DNA of 64,000 bases from an uncultured delta proteobacterium. GTDB taxonomy: Bacteria > Desulfobacterota > Desulfobacteria > Desulfobacterales > JAHEIW01. Each line of letters begins with the position of its first letter. The stretch's first letter is position 1. Below the pieces are notes generated by a model. The model ran no database searches and was not told the origin of the DNA. It worked only from the letters and a program-made list of their open reading frames with translations. A program made the position numbers and the translations under genes. The stretch is taken from positions 224,001-288,000 of the forward strand of contig CAVPNL010000008.1 of the NCBI GenBank assembly GCA_963706575.1. Direction: 5' to 3'. Below, piece by piece: positions 11,170 through 20,877 of this stretch.

Positions 11170-11517
11170 ATGATGAAGAAGAGCCATTTGGTGATCTCAA
11201 TAATGCTTGCTCTCGCTATTGCCGTAGGGGGTTGCGCCACAAAAGGTGACCTCGAGGAGGTGCAGGCCCGGGAAAAGGCGATTGGCGCTAAAGCTGATCA
11301 GGCGGCCCAGGATGCCGAGGCTGCCAAGGCATCAGCCGATGAGGCTGTGAGGAAAGCAAATGAAGCAATGGACCGCGCCGAGGAAGCTGAAAGGAGGGCA
11401 GAGGAAAGAGAGAGAATCGCAGCTGAAAAGGAGAGAATCGCAGAGGAAAAGGCGAGAATCGCAGAGGAAAAAGCAAAACAAGCTGAAGCTGCTTTTCAGA
11501 AATCAATGAAGAAGTAA
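11170..11517 (+). CDS. Lpp/OprI-like alanine-zipper lipoprotein
   Basis: RBS GGAGGT; lipobox VGGC; Ala/Glu-rich coiled coil; ends in ...FQKSMKK (C-terminal Lys). Confidence 0.85.
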   Translation: MMKKSHLVISIMLALAIAVGGCATKGDLEEVQAREKAIGAKADQAAQDAEAAKASADEAVRKANEAMDRAEEAERRAEERERIAAEKERIAEEKARIAEEKAKQAEAAFQKSMKK

Positions 11518-11522
11518 ATCAA

Positions 11523-11556
11523 AAGGAAGTGGCAGGGTTTGAGCCCCCCACTTCCT
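11523..11556 (+). terminator. Terminator-like hairpin after the lipoprotein gene
   Basis: AAGGAAGTGG...CCACTTCCTT followed by a T-rich stretch. Confidence 0.55.
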
Positions 11557-11631
11557 TCTATTTTCACCCTTTAGCATGATACGTATTGCAGATATATATG
11601 GAAGAGGTCCAGTTTGCGATTATCAGGCACA

Positions 11632-11785
11632 TTGTTAGAATCCATCTCAAAATTAGGATTTTGGTTCAAGATCGCGGCGGGGTCTAGTTTAAAACCGGAG
11701 GCATACTGTTGTATGTTGAGGATTTTAAACGAGGCGCCAACAAAGATATTGGGCCAAAAGACATTTTTGAGATGGGTTCTAACAA
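11632..11785. mobile_element. MITE (~150 bp) with terminal inverted repeats
   Basis: TTGTTAGAATCCATCTCAAAA ... TTTTGAGATGGGTTCTAACAA (one mismatch); no transposase inside. Confidence 0.8.
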
Positions 11786-12758
11786 GCACAAACACTTATA
11801 CGGGTTTAAGGCAGAGAAGGGAAGGCGTTTATCTTCGCCTTTTCTTCGTCTGCATCATCATAACACCATTTTTTATATTCGGATGCGGTGGGGGACACCA
11901 GGCCAGATCTCTCACCAAGGAAGCAAATGATTTTTTCAACCAGGGAAAATACCAGGCTTCTCTAAGCAAATACGAGCAAATTATTGAGAAAAGTCCAGCA
12001 GTAGCGGACAGAGTTCTCTTTGAGATGGGTATTATTTATGCCCATCCCAGGAACGAACAAAAAGACTATCAAAAGTCTCTCAATTGTTTTCAGAAAATCG
12101 TTAGGGATTACCCGGATAGTAAATTCAGACAGGATAGCCAGATGATGATACTTCAAATCCATAATGTCATCATCAAGAATAAAAAAATTGCTACGCAGCA
12201 AACACAGATTGAGACTTCCCGGCAGGAGGTTAAAGCCAAAGAGAACGAGATTATCACACTGCAAGAGATGATTGAAACGCTCGAATATAAAGATTGAATC
12301 GCTTGAACATAGAGATTTTTGCACTCCGGACGGAACCGGCAGATAAAGTTCTGATAGAAAAGAAAGAGCGACGATTGACGTTGCTCTCAAAGGGCGAGGT
12401 GATCAAAGCGTACAAAATAGCCCTGGGGGGCGACCCGATTGGCCCGAAAGAAAGGCAGGGCGATAACAAAACCCCGGAGGGAACCTACATAATCGATTCA
12501 AGAAACAACAACAGCGAATATCACCTGTCTCTTCATATTTCCTATCCTAACGAGAAAGACAAAATGCGAGCAAAAGAACTTGGTGTTTCTCCGGGCGGAA
12601 ACATAATGATCCATGGCATCAAAAATGGTCTCGCGTGGGTGGGTGCATCTCATGCAAAGTTTGACTGGACAAAAGGGTGTATTGCGGTTACAGACGAAGA
12701 GATGCAGGAAATCTACAGGCTGGTGCCAAATGGTACGATTGTTGAGATAAGGCCCTAG
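11786..12758 (+). pseudogene. TPR + coiled-coil + YkuD L,D-transpeptidase (YafK/DpaA-like) lipoprotein, frameshifted near 12290-12312
   Basis: ORF 11614..12297 (lipobox IFGC, TPR-like helices) and ORF 12294..12758 (GPKERQGDNKTPEG, SLHISYPN, IMIHG, WTKGCIAV) join if two single extra bases are removed. The 5' end abuts the MITE, so the start is uncertain. Confidence 0.75.
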
Positions 12759-12850
12759 AAAAATCGCACAACTTATCGTTAGACCAAATCGCTCTGATAA
12801 AAAAAAACGGATTCAGCCGTTTGCTGAATCCGTTTTTCATTATTTGCAAA

Positions 12851-12980
12851 TGGTGCCGAAGGCCGGAATTGAAAAATTAATAATGATATCAAATAGTTAA
12901 TAAAATCAATAGCTAGTTTAAGCGACATTAAGCTAGTTTTTGTACAGTCCTGGCTGCATATTCGCATATGAAATGCATAT
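12851..12980 (-). repeat. att-like junction 2: tRNA-Leu 3' end copy plus full arm
   Basis: Core at 12851-12867 (22/23 identity to the tRNA over TGG...TTGAA); IHF consensus at 12887-12899; TGCATATTCGCATATGAAATGCATAT. Preceded by the hairpin AAAAACGGATTCAGC...GCTGAATCCGTTTTT. Confidence 0.93.
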
Positions 12981-13004
12981 CATTTCCGACTCTTTCGTAT
13001 CGAG

Positions 13005-13313
13005 TTAAACAATCGCTTTTGCGATACCTTCTTTGTTAGCTCCCATGGCCAGCAAAGATTTGACAAGCAGATCCACAGATACGCTCGGATCTCCCTTCTC
13101 CATCTTGGCGACCCTTGATTGACTGGATTTCAGCATTTTGGCTAACTGTGCTTGCGTCAAATTGCTTTTTTTGCGGCGTTTTGCCAAAGCTTCGCTGAGC
13201 GCCAGTTTTAGCTCTATGTATTCCGATTCTTCAGTACTCAGTCCAAGAAACTCTTCAACAGTTCCGACTTTATAGCCTTTAGATTCTAAAACTTTCTTTT
13301 TTTTCGTATCCAT
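13005..13313 (-). CDS. XRE/HTH antitoxin-like transcriptional regulator
   Basis: LTQAQLAKMLKSSQSRVAKMEKGDPSVSVDLL HTH_3 motif. Confidence 0.88.
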   Translation of the reverse strand: MDTKKKKVLESKGYKVGTVEEFLGLSTEESEYIELKLALSEALAKRRKKSNLTQAQLAKMLKSSQSRVAKMEKGDPSVSVDLLVKSLLAMGANKEGIAKAIV

Positions 13314-13314
13314 T

Positions 13315-13737
13315 TTATTTTTTCCCTTCTAGGGTACTCTTGCTGGGCGTTATCGCATTTTGAGCAGCATGAACCAGGAAAGAAGATCGAGACATACCTC
13401 GTTTTCTTGCAATTGTATCGATTTTACGAAGCATATCTTCCGGGACAGTGATATTCACGCGAATGGATCGAGGTTTTGCGTCGGATACAGAAACAATGAG
13501 GATCGCGGCGGCATCAGCATAATCCGGATCGTCCATGATATCTTCAAGCTTTGAGGGAGTCGGTATATTTTCACCGTCTTCCATCATCCCCTTGATGTGT
13601 AGAGAAAGAGCATCATGAGCCATATCCTTGGCTTCATCAATGGAGCTGCCGGCGGTAATACATCCCGGAAAGTCAGGAAAAGATACACCGAAATCACTTT
13701 TGGGATCTTTATGGACCACGGCAATATAATTAGCCAT
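13315..13737 (-). CDS. hicB: HicB family antitoxin
   Basis: FGVSFPDFPGCITAGSSIDEA N-terminal motif; RVNITVP...ID...GMSRSSFL ribbon-helix-helix. Confidence 0.93.
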   Translation of the reverse strand: MANYIAVVHKDPKSDFGVSFPDFPGCITAGSSIDEAKDMAHDALSLHIKGMMEDGENIPTPSKLEDIMDDPDYADAAAILIVSVSDAKPRSIRVNITVPEDMLRKIDTIARKRGMSRSSFLVHAAQNAITPSKSTLEGKK

Positions 13738-13746
13738 TTTGCCCTC

Positions 13747-13935
13747 CTATTTGAACTGAATACCTGATTGGCGTTCAATACTTTTCAAAGTGCCAACAGG
13801 TATGTCTTTGTTAGGATGCGGAACTGTAACCCGTCCCTTTTTTGATGGATGTTTAAACTGAATGTGTGAACCGGATTGATCGACCTTATACCAGCCATCC
13901 TTTTGCAGAATTTTGATGATCACCCGGCTATCCAT
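13747..13935 (-). CDS. hicA: HicA family toxin (mRNA interferase)
   Basis: MDSRVIIKILQKDGW...GSHIQFKHP...RVTVPHP...GTLKSIERQSG. Confidence 0.93.
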   Translation of the reverse strand: MDSRVIIKILQKDGWYKVDQSGSHIQFKHPSKKGRVTVPHPNKDIPVGTLKSIERQSGIQFK

Positions 13936-13971
13936 GTGTGTATTTATACACACTAAATAGATTTGTGTCAA
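13936..13971 (-). promoter_or_regulatory. hicAB promoter with palindromic operator
   Basis: Minus strand TTGACA (13971-13966), 17 bp spacer, TATAAA (13948-13943). Palindrome GTGTGTAT-TT-ATACACAC (13936-13953) overlaps the -10. Confidence 0.7.
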
Positions 13972-14091
13972 ATATTATTTAATTCTAAGATAACAACGGC
14001 ATGAAAATGGGCGGGCAAGCTCCGTGACGTGTCGACCAATAAAAAGTGGGCCACAAATAATTTGCAACCCACTTAAAATATTATAAAAAAA

Positions 14092-14220
14092 TGGTGCCGA
14101 AGGCCGGAATTGTAAAATTTATAATTATATCAAATAGTTAATAAAATCAAAGCTAGTTTAAGCGACATTAAGCTAGTTTTTGTACTGTCCTGGCTGCCTA
14201 TTCGCATATCAATTGCATAT
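14092..14220 (-). repeat. att-like junction 1: tRNA-Leu 3' end copy plus full arm
   Basis: Core at 14092-14108; IHF consensus at 14128-14140; AGTTTAAGCGACATTAAGCTAGTTTTTGTACTGTCCTGGCTGCCTATTCGCATATCAATTGCATAT is nearly identical to the 12851 copy. Confidence 0.93.
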
Positions 14221-15047
14221 TTTTATGCTGATAAAAACTTTAATTTTAATTGATCCAACCAGTTTTTCCTAATTTTCTATAATTACATCATAGCACCATT
14301 TCTAATATAACTTCGGTTTTGAATTAAAGCGCATTTTTCCGAGTATTCCCCTTCATTATAAAGGTTTCATAATCAATTTATTGAAAATAAGCACATTGAT
14401 CTTTGATTTAGGTAGGCATTTAGCTAATGAAATCTATTTCATTAATTAGATATATATTATAAAAAATAATTTTGTCTCATTATAACGTTCTGTTTTTTAT
14501 ATAAGTTTCTTATTTTTTTCTTGACACTTGAAATCGCATTTCTATATAGAAGTATTGATAAATAGAAAATCGCCGAATTTGAACCATCCCCCCATTTTCT
14601 GACACTTAGGAGGTAAGAATGCTTTAACGCATCTAAAACTCCATTCATAGTTAGGGAATGGGGTTTTTTGTTTTTGAATGATTTTTTAATTATATTCAGA
14701 GATCTCATTCCTAATTCTTTTCTTTCTATCGCGCTAGATTCGCATTGTAGTATTTGTATCAAACCATTTGATTAGTTTATTCCGAATTTTTGCCGCTATC
14801 TGAGAGCTAGATTCTGATTTTCTCAAATATAAAGATCAAGATTTGTTCTTAATATACATAATCGGAAAGCCATAGCGTTTCTTGTTAAGGATTTTATAAA
14901 ATTTAAATTTTGCAGAGATAACGGAAATTCCATACTCATCCCAGACAGTATTTCCACAAACAAAGCATAACCTCTGCATGCACAAGACGCTTGTTTTCTC
15001 GCCTCTGTGATGTAGGGCGATAGGCATTATGAATCGGAGGGGACGTC

Positions 15048-18000
15048 ATGAAAGTTTTTAAAATTACAGGCAAGGTTGTCAGCAGTGATACAAAGGAAGG
15101 TATCAAGGGCTTTAGGGTAGAAGCCTGGGACAAAGATTTACTTGTGAATGACATGGTCGGCAGTGCCATTTCGGGTGACGGTGGGGTCTTTAGAATCCAA
15201 TTTGATAAGTCCTATTTTGAAGAGCTTTTCCTTGACCGCAGGCCCGATCTATTTTTCAAGGTGTTCAAAGGGTCCAGGCTTATCAAGAGTACTGAAGATT
15301 CAGTGATCTGGAATGTGGAGAGGGCGGACATTGAACAGGCTATTGAAGTAGAGGAGGTAAGCGACATGGCTACATCAACCAACAAAGCCGTCTTTGTTAG
15401 GCAGCGAGGAAGTGAAGTATTCAAATTTGTTACCTTGCGACCCTTCCAAAGACAGGATGAAACCACAGTCGAGAAAAGAAAGGTTTTGTGTTACAAACCG
15501 ATTGATGAAGAAAAATCGGAGTTTCATCAGGCGCTATTACATGCCAAAGAACACCTGCCTGAAGGGTCTGGCCCAAGGGAAGCCATGGTGGCTAAGGCCA
15601 AGGAATTTATCGAAACCGATGGGTCCACTTTTGTCCGAAACATTCATGACTTATCGAATCCACAAGCGCCCCGCTCCTCTCAATATACTGGTTATAAATC
15701 GTCTCTGGGCCTATTGGAAGAGTGGATCTTTAGGGGAAAAAATCCGATTTTACACGAAGACCTGCTGTCGGAAATTAAGAACGTATATAAAAAAGATAAC
15801 ATTAATGACATTGTGCAAAGCCCTGAGTTTCAGACAGACATATACAGGCTTCAAGACAGCATCATGGCTCTAGCCATCGTTCCATCCTATGTTCATAGTC
15901 AGCGGGATCGTCTGGTCAATGCCTTACGTATATGCAGAATCATCGAGAGGATGATCGAAAGTGACCCAGGACTGATGCAATCCTACGGTATTGACAAGGC
16001 TATGAAAGCCCCTGTGGTTTTACCCACGGATGTTTTTCCATTGCCACCTGCCAAATTATTAGAAGTCGAAGCCCCTACCGATCAAAATGGGGAACAGGAA
16101 GAAGAATTCGGACAACTGAGTGAAAAACGCATCGCTCTGAGGACAGCCATTGAGGAATTGGCTCATCTGAGACCTAACGATTACCTTCCGCCGTCACCAG
16201 CTACTGAGGAACCTCTTATCTCAAAATTAAAAAAGGAAGATATCAAAAAATTGAGCAACTCCACCAAGGCAGTCCTCAAAGAGCTCAGCATTGACCTGAC
16301 AAAAGAGACCATTCCTGAGGTGCTGGGTATACTCGAGGTAGAAATTGGTACGGCAGAAGAGGCAAAAGCATCTGAGCTTCAGTTGGTCGTGGAAGAATTC
16401 TTAGAACTTTCCTCTCCGCCTTTTCCGCCACTGGCTGAAAAGGAAATTGCAGCTGCTGTAGAGGAGTGGAAACCCTGGATGCTTAAGCAAGAAGCGATTG
16501 ACCAGCTTTGTGATACAACCAAGCAGGTCATACAGGGGCTTGGCTTTGACCTCAGCAGGGATCCGGTTCCCGTTGTGATGAATGCCCTTGAGAAAGAGCT
16601 TGTCAGTGTAGGGGCACAACTATACATACCGCCCAGGCGGAAAAGAATGATCCGCCACGGCACAAGTAGGTTGGAGTTCTTGCCGGGGCTCGAAGTTTTC
16701 TCCGCGGTCGCCAGAGGAACTTGAGCCGATTCGAGTGCCTCAGACTAAGGGTCTTGTTGTGCCTATAGGATTTGGTGAATATAACAGCGTTCGGCAGACC
16801 CTTTTGATGTATGAACCGGGCGAGATCGCTCATATTGAAAACGTTCTCAGGGGAGAACACAAGGAGCGGGTCCACCGGCGTCTTCGCCGTCTTGAAGAGG
16901 AGGTGACCTACGAGGAGGAGCGCAAGGCTGTTACAGAAAAAGACCTGCAGAGTACAGACAGATTCGAGCTTAAGCGGGAAGCATCCGAGACCATCAAGGA
17001 AGAGCACAAGGCAGAGGCAGGCGTTACCGTTAAATATGATGGCCCTTCTGTCGATGTCGAGGCAAAAGCAGGCTATACTTACACCCATGCTAAAGAACAG
17101 GCTAAGAAAACCTCGGTCTGCTATGCAAAGAATGTCACCGAACGCTCCCTGAGCCGACTGGAAGAGAAGGTCCGCGAGGTCAGGGTAGAAAAAACCATCG
17201 AGGAGTTTGAGGAGACCAATACTCATGGCATAGACAACAAAGACAAGCCCGACCATGCCGTTGGTATCTATCGCTGGGTGGACAAAATCTATGAGGCACA
17301 GGTCATCAACTACGGCCAGCGTCTGTTTTCGATTTCGTCGTTCCCGAGCCTGCCGCATTTTATCTCTACTCACTGACCCATGGTGCGACAACAGACCTGG
17401 AAGAACCTGTACCGCCGATGGTCGATGAAAATGGTGAACCATGTGAGGAGGATAATCCCAATGCGAGGTCATTAAGGCCTGATGATATTTTGCCAGATAA
17501 TTACATGATATGGATTGCGCAGTATGAGGTATCAGGTGCTAAGCCGCCGCCAACATTTGAAATAGTGAAAGGTCATTCTTTTTCAAAAGCACCGGAAAAG
17601 ACTGGCGAGGATGATAAGGAAGAAAAAGAAAAGTACCTGTTAAGCAATGAAACAATTCCAATTCCAAAAGGCTATCGACCATACTTTATTTCTGTCGATT
17701 TGTCGCATCCACGGTTTTTGGATACTTATTTAAGTATAGCGGGTGACAATAGCAAACCTAGTATTGACCATAACGAACCCAATATCCCTGTTCTGTATGA
17801 AGACAAAAACTACCATGGTAGAAGATTCCCGCTTCGAGAGTTAAGCATATTTCATCTGGGCGATTATCATTTTGATAATAAGAGTTTCTTCCATTAAAGT
17901 CCCTCCAGGCTGGGCGGTATTTGCAACCCAGCATCACAACTTTGGAGGAAGCCGATGGTACATCACAAGGAATGTTAATCATAATGAATTAAAGGCATTG

Positions 18001-19106
18001 AAGTTACACGACAATATCACTGGTGTGGAAGTTTATCCTCCAGCGGATTTTTATAAAAAGTACACAGGCCTCGGCCACTTAAACTATACAGGAGAGGATG
18101 GAGATCAAACTGGAATTCCAATTTCAGTTGCAATCAAAAGGTCTGACGGCTCTGTGATGAATGTGAATCTATGCTGTCGCAGGACTGATATGCATATGAA
18201 TGAATGGCAGCTCGAGACCTACGACGCCATCATGCAGGCCTATCAGAACAAAAAGGCTGTATACGAGGAAAAGTTGGCGATGGCGGCGATTCAAGAGGTA
18301 TCAGCATGTCAGCCGGAGTCCGGAGCAGAGCGCGAGATTGAAGAGATAGAACTAAAACGGTGGGCTCTTTCCATGATCACAGGGCAATACTTTGAAATCT
18401 TCAATGCCATGCAGACCGACCGCCAGGGGTATCCGGGCATCAACTTTGCCGAGGCAGAAGCGGAAGGCTCCTATATCCAGTTCTTCGAGCAGGTTTCGCA
18501 GGGCCCCTTATGACCTACCTCTTCTATCCCTATTTCTGGGGGAAGAGAAAGGCAACCTGGGAGGGGGTCACCTGGATCGACAAAATAACAGGCATCCAGG
18601 ATGTGGATCCGCTATTTGAAAAGTTCCTTAAGGCAGGCGCCGTCCGAGTCACAGTACCGGTGCGTCCTGGTTTTGAGGAAGCGATTCAGAATTACGTTTC
18701 TACAGGACAAATCTGGAACGGCGATGAGAAGCCCACGCTTGATGACCCCTTGTATGTCTCCATTGTGGAAGAGATTCAGCAACAGCAGGGCGCATACGTT
18801 GAAAAGTCCGAGGGAACGATATCTGTGGAGCTTGGCAATGCACAAGTTGTCGGCGCAGGAACAAATTTTGAAGAAAACGATGTTGACCGCGAGATCTACA
18901 TCGAAGGCAAGCGCTATGTCATCGCTGAGATTCAGGACGCAGCGCATCTCAACCTGACTGAACCCTACCGTGGTGAGACCAAACAGTATGCGCGTTATTA
19001 CATCGGTGCAAGACTGGTCGGTGGACCATGGGAAGTCAGGGTTCCCACCTCATTGGTATATCTACAGGAGGACGCCACCCTTCCCGACTTTAATGAAGAA
19101 GGGTAA
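15048..19106 (+). pseudogene. Large multidomain hypothetical protein (~1350 aa) split into five ORFs by frameshifts
   Basis: ORFs 15048..16724, 16735..17376, 17418..17897, 17872..18513 and 18510..19106 read continuously when small indels are corrected (e.g. CTG TTT T[T]C GAT TTC GTC GTT CCC GAG CCT GCC = LFFDFVVPEPA). RBS GGAGG lies upstream of 15048. Confidence 0.7.
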
Positions 19107-19111
19107 ATGTT

Positions 19112-20437
19112 ATGGGTTCCGTTCGCTTTGTAGATATACTATATGAAGCAAAAGATGGACTTCCGCAGCTTTTCGAGCTTGATCCCTCGATCTATGGGCG
19201 CACGCCATCAAATCTCCTTGATGAGGCTATCCGATTCTATAATTATCCTGCAGCAGGGCTCTATGCAACTGCAACTGCCTGGCAGGTTTTTCGTAATGAC
19301 CATGTCAACAAAGCCATCCTATTACTCCACGATGTCTTGAAGGAAGGTATCGTCACAATGGTTGGCAATCTTTATAAGGACATACTAGGGCATCTGGATA
19401 AGAAAAAGTGCGGAAATGTGGGTGGGTATCATAGTGAGCTTGGCTCCATGTGTGCCGAGCTCTTGGTCTCGCCTAAATGTCGAAGTCAGGAAAAGTTAAA
19501 GATGCTCGAAAGAAGCCCGAACTTAGTGCATTTCAGGGAGTTTGAGAGACTAATGGAAAGCCTTGGGCTCTTAAGAACATGGGGGGAAAGAATAGAGAAC
19601 ATTTATCAAGAGCGTTATTCAAACCTAATTGGAGGATCTGAATCTGAAATAAGACAGGCATTGTTTGAGCCCGCATGGGGTGGTTCATGGATTGTAAAGC
19701 CCAATGAATATCTTTGGAAAACCCGAGACAGGATTTGGAATCCAGAAAACCCTATTTGGCCGTATGCTCCGGGTAATGTTGGTCCAACTGAAAAATTGTA
19801 TTTTTCCCTATTGTCGGGTGTTTTTAAACGACAGCATAATATTCCTTTTTCACAGTCAAGAAATCATTTCGGCCAAACAAAGGACCCTTTTTTGCAGAGA
19901 GTGTATCAGCAATCCAAAACAATTAAGCAAATTATGCCGTCCTATGAGCCGAAAAACAAAAGAATAATTGTATGGAATCTTGGAAGAGAAATCTTGAGCA
20001 CCTCGCTTATATCTTTGAAAAAGCAATATCTGAAGTCAAACACGAGCCTGGGTAGAAGAAAAGAAGAAGAATGGACTTCTTGGATAAAAAGAAATGGTTG
20101 CGGTGTTAGGGTGGGTCTTCCTGCGGCATTGGGTTTGATTGGTATTCTCTATGCCTATATCACCGATCTTCAGGCACGAACCCTGATGGCAGCCCTCTCC
20201 AGTGCAATTATTGATATCTATGAGAAAATCAATGGTTACACCGCAGTGGGTTTGTGTGAGGCTTTGAGCAGGAAAGGTGCCATCGCAACTGTTGGAGACC
20301 AAACGGTGCTTGAGAAAGAGCTAGTCGGCATTCTGAGGCAGTGGCGAACCTTTCCCGCCGCAGAGGTTCAAGAGCTGAACCCTTGGGGAGATGCAAAGGT
20401 AGATAAATCGGTTAGAGAATGCTTAAGCAGCTTCTAA
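19112..20437 (+). CDS. Hypothetical protein, probably co-transcribed with the large gene
   Basis: 441 aa ORF starting 5 bp after the previous stop; no motif recognised. Confidence 0.65.
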   Translation: MGSVRFVDILYEAKDGLPQLFELDPSIYGRTPSNLLDEAIRFYNYPAAGLYATATAWQVFRNDHVNKAILLLHDVLKEGIVTMVGNLYKDILGHLDKKKCGNVGGYHSELGSMCAELLVSPKCRSQEKLKMLERSPNLVHFREFERLMESLGLLRTWGERIENIYQERYSNLIGGSESEIRQALFEPAWGGSWIVKPNEYLWKTRDRIWNPENPIWPYAPGNVGPTEKLYFSLLSGVFKRQHNIPFSQSRNHFGQTKDPFLQRVYQQSKTIKQIMPSYEPKNKRIIVWNLGREILSTSLISLKKQYLKSNTSLGRRKEEEWTSWIKRNGCGVRVGLPAALGLIGILYAYITDLQARTLMAALSSAIIDIYEKINGYTAVGLCEALSRKGAIATVGDQTVLEKELVGILRQWRTFPAAEVQELNPWGDAKVDKSVRECLSSF

Positions 20438-20877
20438 AAAGGCCTCTAATATCTGAGGATAGATGGGAAAAAACTCGATCTTTTAGAAAACAAAAGAGAG
20501 AAATCAGAGAATGTGTGAGTTTTGAGGATTTCCACCGAAACTATATCCCAAGATTTCCGATTATAACAAAAGGATTTTTCGATAATGTTCCTTTACCGAA
20601 AGAGCAGATTCATGGAGAAGATTTTGAGATTGACAAGTGGTATGCTGACGAGAAATTGTATGGAGCAACATTTGAATCCCAGGTTCATGTATTTATCGCG
20701 TTTCAATTTTTAGAAAGATCGAAAAAAATCTTAAAATGGAATTGGGAAAGCAAAAAGTACCGGTTTAAAGAAGACAAAAAGGTGCTAAAGAAAAAAAGAC
20801 ACCCATGTTTCTTTATTACGGCAGGGTTTTTTGTCTTTGGCGGAAGAAAGCGCCCGCATCTTACCCATCGTCATGGA

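Noticed and set aside
11400..11475. Tandem DNA repeat GAGAATCGCAGAGGAAAAGG
   Set aside because: It encodes heptad repeats of the lipoprotein coiled coil.
11614..11785. N-terminal part of ORF 11614..12297 as real protein
   Set aside because: It is read-through of the MITE sequence.
6173..14108. Additional tRNA genes
   Set aside because: Only 17-23 nt of the acceptor/T arm is present; no D or anticodon arm.
6173..14220. Repeats as a CRISPR array or integron attC sites
   Set aside because: The spacers are kilobase gene-bearing segments, there are no cas or intI genes, the repeats lack attC R/L box palindromes, and the core matches the tRNA 3' end.
20419..20877. N-terminal part of ORF 20419..21162 as a rubrerythrin fusion domain
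   Set aside because: Rubrerythrin similarity starts only near 20878. The upstream part has no recognisable motif and may be a separate remnant.
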